A stretch of DNA of 64,000 nucleotides from Azolla caroliniana. Lineage: Eukaryota > Plantae > Polypodiophyta. Shown here in pieces: positions 40,801-54,022 of the stretch (position 1 is its first letter; every line of letters begins with the position of its first letter). Location: assembly GCA_043228905.1 (NCBI GenBank), contig JBHGNT010000021.1, forward strand, positions 5,766,001 through 5,830,000. The letters run 5' to 3'. The translations under genes and the position numbers were made by a program. The notes beneath the pieces were generated by a model. It was not told where the DNA came from. It saw only the letters and a list, made by a program, of their open reading frames with translations, and did no database searches.

Positions 40801-43433
40801 AGGACTTAAGATACCTCAGGAAATATGGATCGAGAGAAAGCCGAATTATGATAAGCTGAGGATTTTCGGTTGCGAGGCATACGCCCTCATACCGAAAGAC
40901 GACCGCCGAAAACTCGAACCAAGATCAAGGAAATGTGTTTTCCTCGGGTATGGACACGACAACGAGATCGGATACCGACTCTGGGACCCCGAGCATAGGC
41001 AAATCGTCCGACGTTCGGACGTCATGTTCAACGAGTCGACTATGCACAAAATGGCCGAAAGGCCTATTGAAGTCCGAAGGGTAATATTTTCCGAAGTGCC
41101 AACCCTTCATGACGGCCCATCACACAACGTGAGATCGGTTTCACGGGTAACCGACTTCTCTCGCACCGAATCCACAGATTCGGCACAACTGAATTGCTCG
41201 GCTTCCGACCATCCGACATCGACACCCGGTGCGACCAGTCCAGTCATACCTCGAAGATCCGAGAGATTGTCGCAACCTCCGGAGAGGTACTCTCCCGTAA
41301 TTTTCTTCACCGATGCCGGCGAACTGACGTCCTACGAAGAAGCATCGGCAACTGCCGATTCAGCCACCTGGCATCTGGCAATGGAGTCGGAAATGCACTC
41401 CATCCGCGCCAACAAGACTTGGGATCTGGTCGACTTATCGAAGAATCGACGTGCTCTTCCTTGCAAGTGGGTCTATAGACTAAAGGAGACGTCTGACTCG
41501 ACCACCCCAAAGTACAAGGCCAAATTAGTTGCAAAGGGATTTCGACAGGAATATGGCGTCGACTTCGACGACATCTTTTCGCTAGTGGTGAAAATGACAA
41601 CCCTTCGTTTCATGCTCGGTGTTGTGGCTGCCAACAATTTGGAGCTAATTCAGCTAGATGTGAAAATGGCATTCCTCCACGGTGATCTAAAGGAGGAAAT
41701 CTACATGGAGCAACCGAAAGGCTTTGTGGCCACCGGTCAGGAACATCTACTTTGCCGACTCAGGAAGAGTCTTTACGGCCTGAAACAGGCACCCCGACAG
41801 TGGTACAAGAAGTTCGACGATTTCATCTAGTCGGTCGGCTTCTCCAAAAGCGATGAGGACCACTGCCTCTTCACCAAAACCGCTCAAGACGGTTCTCTCG
41901 TCTTCCTCATCATCTACGTGGACGACATGCTACTCTCCGGTCGGCATACCGGAGAGCTCACCGAACTCGTTCGGAAACTGCGATTGAAGTTTGCCATGAA
42001 GGACCTCAGTCCAGCAAGACACATACTCGGAAGGAAGGTTAGTCGGAATCGCGCCAAAAGACAACTTTTTCTGTCTCAAACCGACTACATCGGACGTGTC
42101 TTGGAACGCTTCAACATGCAATCGGCCAAGTCTGCTTCGACCCCGCTCCCCAATCATCTTCGGCTTTCTCAGCGAGACTGCCCGACATCCGGTCCGGAGG
42201 GGGAAGATATGAAGTCGGTACCGTATGCACTGGCAGTAGGCTCTCTAATGTACGCGATGGTCGCGACACAACCTGATATCTCTCACGCCGTAGGAGTCAT
42301 CAGCAGATTTATGCACAATCTCAGCCGATCACACTGGAACGCAGTCAAGCATGTGTTCAGATATTTAGCTGGCACAAAAGACCACGACATCCTTTTCGGT
42401 CCGAACTCAACTTCAAGCGTAGTCGGTTACACCGACTCGGACTTCGCCGGTTGTGTGGACAGTCGCAAGTCAACAACCGGATATTGCTTTAAATTCGGCA
42501 ATGGAGCAATCTTGTGGAAGTCGAAACTTCAGGAGTGCACAACCACCTCAACGACCGAAGCAAAATATGTAGCTGCCTACGACGTAGCGAAAGAAGCTTT
42601 ATGGCTCGGTCGGCTGGCGCACACGTTTCGGCAAGTCGACTCCGACTCGGCTCCAGTTGTCTACAGCGACAGTCAGAGTGTCGTTGCTTTGTCGAAAAAT
42701 CCGGTTCATCACAACGCCTCCAAGCATATCGAAGTTCGATATCACTTTGTTCGGGACTACGTCATTTCCGGGAAAATCGGTTTAGAGAAGATATCCACAA
42801 CCGATAATGTCGTAGATGGAATGACCAAGTGTCTTTCGGCAGACCGGTTCCAGTCTCTTCGGCAACATATGGGCGTAACAACATATCGGTCCGGTTGAAG
42901 TCGGACATAGTGCAGGACGGTTTCGGACAACAGACATCGGTTCACTGACGATCGGCTTCAGCTTTTCCGACCCGACTAGTTTGGTCTTCTGTCTACGGAT
43001 CATGCCGATTCGAACAAAACCAACCTGTCCAAGAACCTATGCCTATACCCGTATTTTTTTTTAGATAACCCATGTATACGCCCATTACGGGGGAGTGTCG
43101 AATACAAATGTATAATGGACGTATTCACACTATCCTCTTAGAGAGCCCAAGTTCGGGCTATTTCTGTAAATAACATAAAGGGCAGTTGCCCTAAGTGAGT
43201 CACTATATAAAGTGACTTTGTAACCTTTTGTAAAGTTTTTTTTTGGTTGTTCATTGTTGTAGTAGTTGCCCTTTTATGAATATAGATATATTCTTTGTGC
43301 CTCTCGTTCTCTCTCTCTCTCTCTCTCTCTATGTGCATCTTTGTTCTTGCCTTTCTCATACACAAGTATTTCTTCCTCACAGTTTCATATTGTGTGATCT
43401 CTTCCGCACTGACGGCCTTGTTCATCCCCTACA
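37833..43433 (+). mobile_element. Ty1/Copia LTR retrotransposon, full length but inactivated
   Basis: LTRs 37833-38164 and 43096-43433 (TG...CA). PBS TGGTATCAGAGC (initiator Met tRNA) at 38167. Purine tract GGGGGAG just before the 3' LTR. 5-bp TSD TCACT/TCGCT with one mismatch. Confidence 0.97.
38866..42898 (+). pseudogene. Copia gag-pol polyprotein (Gag, zinc knuckle, protease, integrase, RT, RNase H) with two stops and one frameshift
   Basis: RFDGSNFNFWK; CNYCKKPGHIKADC; WLLDSGAS; LWHGRLRH..CEHC; HSDVCG, TDNGGEF and NGIAERMN; KSLYGLKQAPRQW; YVDDML; GYTDSDFAG; KHIEVRYHFVR. TAG stops at 40390 and 41828; frameshift at ~40570 from a short TTCAAA duplication. Confidence 0.95.
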
Positions 43434-46400
43434 TCGCTTATACCTGGTAGGGCACATTTTTGCACGCTGACCATCCAAGGGCAACGATGGAACTTCATGA
43501 ATTTTTATGCTCCAAACAACAGAACAGAAAGAGCAACATTCTGGGACCGCATCCGCCTACAAGTAGTGGGTGCGGAAGAGTGGTGCATTGGAGGGGATTT
43601 TAATATGATCGAATCCATTCATGATAGCTCCAACAACAACCCCATAGTTCTACAAGGAAGGGAACGCAAACAATGGGAGAAGCTATGTGTCCACCTTAAC
43701 CTGTGAGACATCTGGCATTCTACCAACTTCCAACTAAAAAGGGACTCTCTCCGATTCTCCCGATCAGACAGGCGGAATAGTGGACCCACCCTATCTCGCA
43801 TTGACCGCATTTATGTGGGGGAGGCTTTAGAAGCGAAGGGAGGGTGGTGTCGCATAACTCCAGGCACGACTTTCTCTGACCATTACCCGGTAGCTGGTAA
43901 TTTTCAATTGCATCGAAAATGGGGTCCATTCCAGAGTCGCATCCCACACACTATTTACACACTTATAGACGTGAAGGACCAACTATCCAACCAATGGTCA
44001 TTACCCGTCAATGGCTCATCAGCAACGGACAAACTTTTAGCTTAATTAACAAGAGCCTCTACTCTCCTACATGAGATTGTCAAGACCAGACGCAAGGATG
44101 CTCAGGAGAAGCGACAGAGGACAAAACAGGGACTAATAGCCTTACAACGCCTCCAACAGAGATACCCATCTTGTAGTTGGATCGCAGGACAAGTCGCCAC
44201 GGCCAAACAGGAACTTAGCATGACAAAAAAGGCAATATATGACATGGAATTTCTTGGCAGCATGGCGCGATGGATTCGAGTAGGGGACAACCACAAAGGA
44301 ATTCTTCCACTCCAAAGGCCCGAGGCACGCTAGAACTGTGATGCGCAACCTCAACCGGGAGGATGGAACAACCACAGTCTGAGGATGGCGACGAAATGAG
44401 GAATATTGCCACAAGGTATTATAGCCGCCTACTTACCGAAGACATGATAGCTACAGGGGAAGACATAAGCGATGATATTATCCTCCAAAGCATACCTGAG
44501 AAAGTAACACCGGAAATGAATACCTGGCTTGTGCGCCCTCTATCAATCATTGAGATATGGGAGGCCCTCACTGACTTAGATGCTGAGAGATGCCCCGGAA
44601 TTGACGGTCTCACCCCGCACTTTTTCACATGCCTTTGGGGCACTATTAAAGAAGACCTCCTCTAGGCATATGAGGAGATCATCACCTCATGCCGGAGGAA
44701 TTTGGACAGGGGATGATACATCTCATTCCTAAAAGTGGTGGGAATGCCAACGATATTCACAAGTGGCGGCCCATTACTCTTCTCAATATTGTCTATAAGT
44801 TGCTCGCAAAAATCGTGGCACGCCGTTTAACTCCACTTCTTCCTGAACTCATTCATCCGTCACAGACAGGTTTCGTTAGAAATCGGAGCATCCTAGACAA
44901 CCTCTTCTCATTTTGGGAAGCAGTAGCCCTTGCCAAGCAGACCAACAAGAAGGTAGCGGTGGTGCTACTAGATTTTGAGAAAGCCTATGACAGGGTATGT
45001 TGGAACTTTCTAGAAAGTGTGATGAGGAAACTCGGCTTTCATGAGGCATGGATCAAAGGCATTGCAGGATTTTATAGGAATGGCAGCAATTGTGTTTCAC
45101 TGACAAGTGAAAGGGGCCCCTTTTTCCGAATATCCCGCTCTATACGGCAGGGATGTCCACTAGTTCCATCCTTATTTCTATTATACGCCGAAGCACTCTC
45201 TTGCTTTCTCAACTCACGGCATCTCAACCTACGTGGTGTTCCCATACCTCATTCTTACCAAAGCATCATGGATATAGAATTTGCAGATGACACAACAGTC
45301 TACCTGCAAGGGGACCTGGAAAACCTCCAAAAGCTAGAAAGTGGGCTAGTTTTATTTTGCAAGCGATCCAACGCCATGATCAATTGGCACAAATCCTGTG
45401 CAATATGGCTTTCTTAGGAAACACATCCGGCGTGGCACCCTCACCCCGCTTTCAAGTGGATCAATCAAGGAGCGAGCACCAAATATTTGGGCTTCCAAAT
45501 TGGCTTCAACATACCGCCAGAGACTATGATTGCACCTGTTATCCTCTCCATTCGACAAAAGTTGATACATTGGAGCTCTAAAAAATTGTCGCTAGCAGGT
45601 CGCATCATAGTGGCAAATCAGGTACTCCTCGCAACAGCATGGTACAGTCTATCATGCTGGACAATCTCCAAGGAAAGTATACATCAGATTCAAAGACCAT
45701 GTAGCTCGCGCCAAGGTGGCGTGGCCTATACTCACAACGCCTAAGTCGAGAGGGGGATTGGGTCTTCTTGATCCCCTTTCACAATCGAAAGCCTTACTTG
45801 CCAAATTTGTGGTGCGAGGACTCCAACCAGGAAATGATTGTTGGAAAATGCTACTGAGGTAATGTTTCGCTTACTTTAGGCCACGAAAAGGGGTCAATTG
45901 GGCCCCCCAAACGGGATGGATTCTAAACATGGATCTCAAACCTAGTTTCTCCCGCCATTTGGAGGACAGATTCAGTGCATCCATGTGGAAGGCATGGTGT
46001 GACATTCGTCGGGGGCTCCAGTGTGATCAACCGAGATCCGAACCTGCCTGGCTCAGTCAACGTATCCTATGGAACCCATGTCTCAAGGATGAATCCAATC
46101 AACTACTGGGATCACGTAGGGGGTTGTCATGGGGATACATTGCAGAAGGTCCAGGCAAAAGTATAGAATGTTGGCGATGGTTTATGTCAATGCCACTACA
46201 AGATCAAGCGAACATACTCCATGGAATCAGGGGCGGATGGACTATGAGATCGAAAATCATTAACGCGCTACTGATTAGGGAATCTGCTACTCAAAGGACG
46301 ACAATGGAGAAATGGATAGGCCACGAGGAGGAGGGCTCTCTGATCCCGAGAGGTAGGGGATCACCAGACATGCTTGAAGGCCATGAAGTGAGAGACACTG

Positions 46401-48759
46401 AGACACCCACACAGAATAACGCCATTTGAGTACTCGCGTACACTGGTCATAAATGGATTGTAGATCCTGATCCGATCAAAGTACAACCCGATTGGCATAT
46501 ATGTACTCATGAAAACACATGGCTACGTAAGATCAGTTGGGACCCTTTGCAATGGACATGGCGTGATCCCTACGCGGGGCAAGGAAGCAAACCCATCCCT
46601 TTCTTCCAATTCACAACTAGATTGGGTCGCGACATTCTAGCTGCTCAAGCTGCCCGAGAACCGACTGTTGCGAAGGTCTGGCACACATTTCAAGTTCCCT
46701 CCGCAATAATCACCAAGTTTTGGCAGAAAATCTGGAAGCAACAACACGCGAGGCGAATTACCACTTTCCAATGGCTATTAATACATAAGTCCCTACCAGT
46801 GGGAGCATGGCAACGTGGGAACCTTAGCTCTCCTAATTGTGTAGAGTGCCCACATGTAGTAGAATCCATACAACACGCTCTGTGGGACTGCCCAACGTCC
46901 CATAGAACATGGCGGGGGGTTGGCCGCTTGTTGCAATTATGCCAGGTGCAAGGTTCAATCAAGTGGGGAAATATATGTTGGCTATCATGGCAGGCTACAA
47001 TTGGCCGATACGAGCATCAGGAGGAGGGGATGACTTTGGTGATAAAAGCACAAGAGGTTCTTTTCTCCTCCAGCGGCAATGTCCACTATTTTCCTCTTAA
47101 TGACAAATCACAAGAGGTGTTGGAATTGGTCAGCCCAATAACCCTTTGGATTCTATGGAAACAACGATGTAGGCGAGTCTTCTCCAACAAAACCACCCAT
47201 CCAACAAGGTTACTGCAAGAGATATGGAGTGAAATTGTAGCCACTCTGAAGAGCCAATATGATGGCCTTAAAGGTGGCTCCGAGGGAGTTGAAAGACAAC
47301 GCATAGCCTTCATCCAACAATGGTCGTCCTCTCCCTTTCTTGAGTCAGTGGGCTTCCACATTAGATGGAACTATCGCGTCCCTTTAAGGATTTGTACATA
47401 ATCGCCTCATTTATAAAATTTTATAACTAATGGAAGGAGTTTTTTTTTGGAAAAAAAAAAAACATTAAAATCAAACCTAGAGTTTACACTCTTATAGTAT
47501 TTAATAAAGGTTATTGTTTAAAATTTCAATCAAATTTAAACTAATATTATTAGTAAAGAATAAAGGTTTAAAAATATATATCATTATTACATGATGATGA
47601 TATTATTTTAAGCATGTTATAAAAATATATTATTATATACATTTCATAGTACATACATATATGATATATTTATATGATAATATGTCACATATATATAATA
47701 TATATGACATGAAAAATAGAATTTTAGCATGTCATTTGACATGTATAGCTTTTAGGGGTTTTTCACATGAAAATGGAATTTGAAACTTTGTATGTCACTT
47801 GATGGGCATTTTTACTATCTGTATGTTTTTGACGGGCAAAATGGCCTTTGACGGGCATGACACCTGTTAAAATTTTGCCCTGCATAGGATAATATACAGA
47901 AACTCATAGCTTAAGAACTTGCATGGCTACAAAGTGGTCAATATTGAAAATTAAACAATAAACTTGTCATAAACATAAACTTATCTACTCACACATGTAT
48001 GTATGCTTTACACATATTATTATCTTTCCTAGTACACATCCCAATTATGTAATTGAAAAAAATTATAAGCATGACACATGCATTGCCCTATAATAACATC
48101 AAGGGAATATATTGAATTCAACCACCTCACATGCAAAACATTAGACAATGCAAATAACCAATCACAAATTGCTAAGAATGAGATATGTCGACCATGTTTG
48201 CTAGTTGCCCAATGGCAGGTCGTGTAAGCTTGGAAAATAGGATATGTAAGTCCCAACAATGTAAATAATTAGAACCCACAAGATAGATAAGTAGGGACAT
48301 CAAGACTTAACCTTCCAATACCTATCAATCACTTAAAGTAAGACGTGATTTTAGTGCAAGGTCATGGAGCACTATGTAAGAGGGAGGGAGGTAGGCAAGA
48401 AAAATAGTTGTTTTACAAGGGATTGATCGTTGTTGTCACCTCTCACATTTTGTTCCATTGCTCACATCCAAGCTCTAAGGACAATAATAATATCTATTAT
48501 CTTATTAAACCTTAGTTTAGGGTATTTTAGCAATGGTGTCGTTTTAGTTGTTGATTGAGAGGCAACCTTTAGTATTGCGCTTCATAGTTCTTGAGTGCTA
48601 GGTTGTTGAAAGCCAATCTAATCTAAAACCAACCATTGTATCATTTCCTTCGTTAATCAAGAGTTGTGTTCTTTATATGTTTATTTTTCAACTATTTACA
48701 TTTACTTAAGTGTGGGTTACTTTAAAATGAGCTATTTATTATTTTCTTATTGTCTATAT

Positions 48760-50232
48760 TGTGCAAATGTTTTAAGATGTGAGTGTTTGAGGATTTGATT
48801 CTTCCCATTGGTTGTCTGCTCAAATGAAGCCACGATCTTGAAGACTCCATTACAAGCCCATTTCAATAACATGTTATGACTAGGAATTGGGAAGACAAAT
48901 TTTTAATTAGTCAGCTAAGAGCATGGTAGCATTTACATAAAGGGTTGGGACATGGTGTACCAACATATGAGGAGGAATACTTGAACAACACTTGGTGTGG
49001 AATCCGAATATGTGTTTGTCATCAGGGCACATGTTGGTGTCCCGTACAAGATTGGATTGGGCCAAGCTCGATGTAGGGCCAGGAGCGTCAGTTGATGCGT
49101 GGAAATCCTTTCTTACTTTGCATATAAATGAAAGGTCAAAATATTTTACTTCCTTGAGAGGGGGGTGAACTATGTGGGACCAAGTGCAGGTGCTTTTTGG
49201 GCACTCATCCTCTATGGTATGGTCATTTAATCCTCCCAGGTGGGGCGGGGCATTTACGAGGCTTCAAGTGATGGTGGGGGTAAGGGGATATTTCTCTTGC
49301 AGATGGTTTCAAGACTATGATGTGGAGGAAGATGGTGTTATATGTACATCAACGATACAACTAGAGATCTACATATAATGCCATATTCCTCCACATCATT
49401 ATCTTGAAACCATCTACAAGACAAATATCCCCTTACCCCCACCATCACTTGAAGCCTCGTAAATGCCCTTTCCCACCTTGGAGGATTAAATGACCATGCA
49501 ATATGCTACATTCTCTAAAATAAGGGTCCTTGCTTAGGATAGATCTAAGTGGATCATCGACCCACAAGTCAATGCAGTCAAGGAACATTGGAAATTGAGA
49601 GTTTTTAAAAAGAAGGTCAGCCAATGGTTGCAACAATTAGGTGGTTCGGCCACATGCATCTATTGTAGTTGCCAAATGGAGACATTGGAACATTGCTTGT
49701 GGGAATGTCAGGCTACACGACAAGTTTGGAGAAGAGTGTTCCAAATTCTAACCTTTATGTGTAGGGATGACGGTTTTTCGTGGGGTATGGTAGTATGTGC
49801 TACAATAGCACAAATGATTGTGGCCATATGAGGCATGTCCAAAGGATACGATTATTAGAATTCAAATAGGAAGGATAAGGATGGTGCAACGAAGTCATAT
49901 GGAAATTTCTTATATGTTAAAGGCAATGGAAGACATATGGGCGTTGCTATGCACCACCACAATGTGGTTTATTTGGACTGTTAGATGTTTTGAGGTGTTT
50001 GATAATACTAATGTTCATCCTGTGGAAAGTGTATGGAACGTTTGGATGCATGTGGTGCATACCTTGAAAGGGCAGTATGATGAAATTAAAGGTGAGTCAG
50101 ATGTTGCAATGTTGCAATGCCTCGAATTTATCGCCCATTGGAAGAAGTGCTCTTTTCTCACACTACAAAATGCAAGACCCATGTGGTGCTTCGCACCACT
50201 AGTATGGTTGTTCCCACCACCAGTTACATAAC
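48760..50232 (+). mobile_element. Older degenerate L1-type LINE 3' fragment related to the 37093 family
   Basis: CIYCSCQMETLEHCLWECQATRQVWRRV and WFIWTVRC..VF...TLKGQYDEIKGESD parallel WILWKQRC..VF...TLKSQYDGLKGGSE in the younger copies. The 5' boundary is approximate. Confidence 0.75.
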
Positions 50233-50599
50233 TAGGTTTTTGAGTGGTGGAGTATTCATACTATCTATCCTTTAGGGATGGGGACCCATGGAAGAGTGCA
50301 ACATATCAATGGAAGCTTGATGGTAGGTCAACATTCTTGTAACAATTGTTTATAGCTAATGAAAGGATATTTTCAAGGGGGAAAAAAGCCCATTTTAATA
50401 ACATTATAGTGGAGAGAGTTTTTTCTCGACATGAAGGGGCCACACTCTTAGTGGTTGACCAATCGCAATACATTTTGAATGGGGGGGACAACTATCAATA
50501 ATTGTCCTTAAACATCATAGTTGTCACCACTTACGCACCAAAGTTTAGTAGCATATAAACTCACTACAAGCTTCTTATTAATTTTTTTCCTTTTTAGTA

Positions 50600-51480
50600 A
50601 CACTTTTATTACTAGTGGGAAACCTCAATGTGAGGTGAAAACCCACAAAGAATAAAGAGAAGTATACAAATGTCGATTAGACACTAAAGAGGTTAGCACT
50701 CAAAGTAAAGAGTGTAAATTTGCAGTGTGATGTCTCTAAGTTGCAGACAATAAAATAGAGTTTGCCTAAGTTGTTGCAAGCTAATTTCATGGAGTTGGTT
50801 TCAATCAAAGATCTTACTATTGCAGGTTGTCCATATGGTCCATAGTGCCCAAAATCTTGTCCATTGGAGAAAATACGCATTGTTAGATATGGCGCACGGA
50901 ATTTGTCCAAATAGCCAAAAGTGCTTCCCAAACCTTCAACCAAGAAATCTATGAGAAAGATATGCACTCAATCTTTGCATAAATGTTGTAGTGAATGAGC
51001 AAGTCCATAATAAGTGTGGGACTGTTTCCAATTGTGCACAATGCGGCGAGGCTAATGATTGCTTTTGAATATTCGAGTACCCAGTCGAGAGCACACCCAA
51101 TAGGCATCTCCATATGAATACCCATTGCTTAAGTGGAAGACCAAAGCTCCATATGCATGTAAGCTTGTTTTCCACCCGGACTATGTTTTTTGTATGTGTC
51201 ACAATGCATTTGCATGTTCTTGAAACCAGGGGGCAGGTTGCAACAACCTATACACTAAATGCGTTGTAATCTTATCCATTGGAATAACATTGTTGCCTTT
51301 TTTGTAACATCCAATCCAAAATCTTGTGATCTCCGTCTAGAGGTAATAAGGAAGTTGGAACGTACCGACTTTGTGACTTGATTTATAACTCGATAATGTG
51401 GCCCAAGTCTATAATGACATGTCATGTCATTGAAGCCTAATATGTGAGCTTGGTCATTTACCACATATGCAATTGATTTC
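50600..51480 (-). mobile_element. Degenerate L1-type fragment (zf-RVT region)
   Basis: IWSFGLPLKQWVFIWRCLLGVLSTG...HCAQLETVPHLLWTC matches the zf-RVT pattern of plant L1 ORF2. Confidence 0.65.
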
Positions 51481-52249
51481 AGCCCCTAAAAAATAAGCTT
51501 CTTATTAATTAGAAGTGGATCATGATTCATGGTGTGCATTGCATCAAAGGCTCAAATCCAAAAAGGTTATTATTATATCATACATGGGATACGTCAAAAC
51601 CTAAATTAATCCAAAAATGACAATCGAAGGAATACATTCCAAAGAAACTATTTCACACTACCACACAAGTACAATGGGTGAGGTATGAAATCATTAAAAA
51701 ATGTCCACTACAAAAAACACTAGTTGAACATTATCAAAGTTTATTAGGATGATGCTCAATTTTCTTGTCCTAATTTAAAGGGGATGTGCAAATTTCAAAA
51801 GTGTGTGTGCCTTTGCTTGTACGAGTGCATAGAGACAATCTCAACTATAAATTGCCTTGAAGTACTTATGGTTGAAGGAGGATAACATATTCATAAGGAG
51901 ACTAAATGTTTTGTAGATTACAAATAGATATTCTATCACAACCATAGTACGTAAATTTTGTGTTCGCCTAGCATAACATTCATATTCCTACGTTGGAAAA
52001 CGAATACAAATGTTATTCAAACATTCTTGTGTGTTTTTTTTTGTTTTTTCCCAGTTTTTTAATGTTTTTTTTAATCCATTTTTTTGGCTTATTTACCTCA
52101 TAATAAATAGTTAATCTAAAAGTATGGTATTTATCATTCTTTGAGGGTGTTTTTCTTACGCAAATGTTTCAATCATTCGCAAATGCGAATGCACGTATGG
52201 TTCATACTATGAGATTCACAACAACATTCCCATAGGCATTGCCACAAAT

Positions 52250-52640
52250 AATGTTTAGCTGACGAGAAGGAGACATAGTAAAATTACATGGAACCTATAA
52301 TCATTTTATTGAGACAACGATAATTAACACAAATTTGCCATGTTCCTTCTTTTTACTTGACTAAGATAACTAGCGCACCTCGAGGAGATTTATGTGACGA
52401 ATGTGGAGACCCATCCTTTAGTAATCCATAAGTTGTGTAACAATCTCATCCTCCTGAAGTCGACGAAGTCGATAAGGTGGAATGCTTAGAGTAACAACAC
52501 CTAATATGATATCTATTTTATGGTCAACATTACGTTTAGGTAGTAATCTCAGTGGCTGTTTCTTAGGGAAAACATCTCTGAAACAATTTATGATTGAATC
52601 GAGTAATCTTTGTTCGTAAAAAGGTAATTGATTCACATAA
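52250..52640 (-). mobile_element. Degenerate Ty3/Gypsy pol fragment (start of RT)
   Basis: FRDVFPKKQPLRLLPKRNVDHKIDII...IPPYRL...EIVTQL resembles the Gypsy pattern DVFP..LP..LPP.R..DH.I.L.P...P....YR, and is followed by a decayed SP.GA..ILV.KK segment. Confidence 0.7.
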
Positions 52641-53747
52641 TCATTAAAATAACAATACTAAATTGTTGGAACAATCACACAACAGTAAAGTGAAGAACAC
52701 AAATATTCAATTTAAGATGTGGAAGAGACAAGAGAATTTGAGGAAATGTTTTGTTGTGTAACATGATCTGAGTGTGTGTGGGTGATTATTATACATAAGA
52801 AATAACCTACAAGATAACCTAGATCAAATGATTCGAGGAGAATTTCAATCAAAATATTCTTCATCAACTTTATCAAATTTATGACAAGTCCTTAGATATT
52901 GATGCCAAATTATGACTTCTAGTACTTGCAACTCTTGTAACTTGACAAGAATTGCCACTTCTTATATTGATGATTTAAGTGATGTAACAACTTGAGCAAT
53001 TGAGTCAAATTTGTTTTCATCAACTTTACTGAATTATGAAATACTTTTATAGAGCCCTTCGTTGTTGATGCCACAACTCACATAAAAAATCTTCATAGTT
53101 TTGCCCCAAAGATTTTTTTCACTATAATCTTTCTTATAAGCAATGTGCTATGCTAATCAAATGCTTACTTGTCACAATAATATAGGGGAGACTCGTGACT
53201 CGTGAGTGTGTTTCTCTTTTAATTTCTTTTGCTTTTTCCTTCTAATAGAATCCATTTGGGTGCTCAATTGGCTTCCTTTGAATAAAGCCTTATAAAGTCC
53301 CTCACCGTTAAAAGCTTGTAGCCCTTTTTAAACCATCAAAACCCTTGGATACAACTACCTACATTCTCCATAAAAAAGAAACACCTTAACCAATCTATCA
53401 CGTGGTGCAACTTTGATTCTCTTATGTGCAATGGATTATCTACCTTTAGATAAAATGGCTAGATTGATTGATTGTCAAACTTTCACATTTGTTTCATGTA
53501 GCGATTATGATATGATGGGTGTCATAACCATCTAAGGAAGATACAATGAATACATAGAACGTAATAAGAATTAGAATTCCTCCTATAATAAATAAAAAAG
53601 TTGTTATTCTCTTTGCGCATGTTTTTTTTAATGAAAATATCATTTCCTCTTTGTGCAACGATATTGAGAATATACCATTGTTTAGGGAATGCAACAACAA
53701 TACATTGCGAATCACTAATGTTTCCTTTGAGTACATACGATTGGGAG

Positions 53748-54022
53748 TAAGAATCATCGGTGGCTTGACTCAAGCCTACACCAAACAAATTGGTTTGGTT
53801 TAGGCTTGAGCTTGGATTGGGATGACTCAAGTTGAATCGAACCGTTTAGGGCTAAACCAGTGAATGATTAATTGGTTTGGATAAACCGATTTATGCTTAA
53901 CCGGTTTAGGAGCCAGTTCGATTCAAGTTTGAAAACTCCGAAACCGGGTAAGGCTTAACCAAATTGGTTCGGACTAGGACAAACCACCGGTGAAGACGGA
54001 ACTGAACTGTTGCCGATTCCTA
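53748..54022. mobile_element. MITE of the same family as 16841-17112
   Basis: Shares aaccgtttagggctaaaccagt, aattggtttg and ttcaagtttgaaaactcc with the 16841 copy. The right end is CTGTTGCCGATTCCTA; the left TIR is degenerate. Confidence 0.7.

Larger units (their letters stand above)
37093..47458 (+). mobile_element. L1-type LINE (ORF1 remnant plus EN-RT-zf ORF2, decayed), interrupted by a Copia element
   Basis: ORF2 starts MKIITWNVQGL at 37543, then DIIMLQEHH, and resumes in frame after the Copia (NFYAPN, IGGDFN, SRIDRIY, FSDHYPV). RT motifs WRPITLLN, QTGFV, LDFEKAYDRV, RQGCPL, FADD and KYLG; zf-RVT CVECPHVVESIQHALWDC; stop at 47401; poly(A). TSD AAAACATTAAAATCAA at 37077-37092 and ~47459-47474. 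Confidence 0.93.
35506..47882. mobile_element. Non-autonomous hAT-like DNA transposon (about 0.8 kb of its own sequence) that hosts nested retroelements
   Basis: Perfect 8-bp TSD CATAGGAT at 35498-35505 and 47883-47890. Imperfect TIRs TAGGGCCTAAATTTGACGGG and CCTGTTAAAATTTTGCCCTG. Subterminal TGACGGGC(A) repeats at both ends. An 8-bp TSD with (T/C)AGGG termini is typical of hAT elements. Confidence 0.85.
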
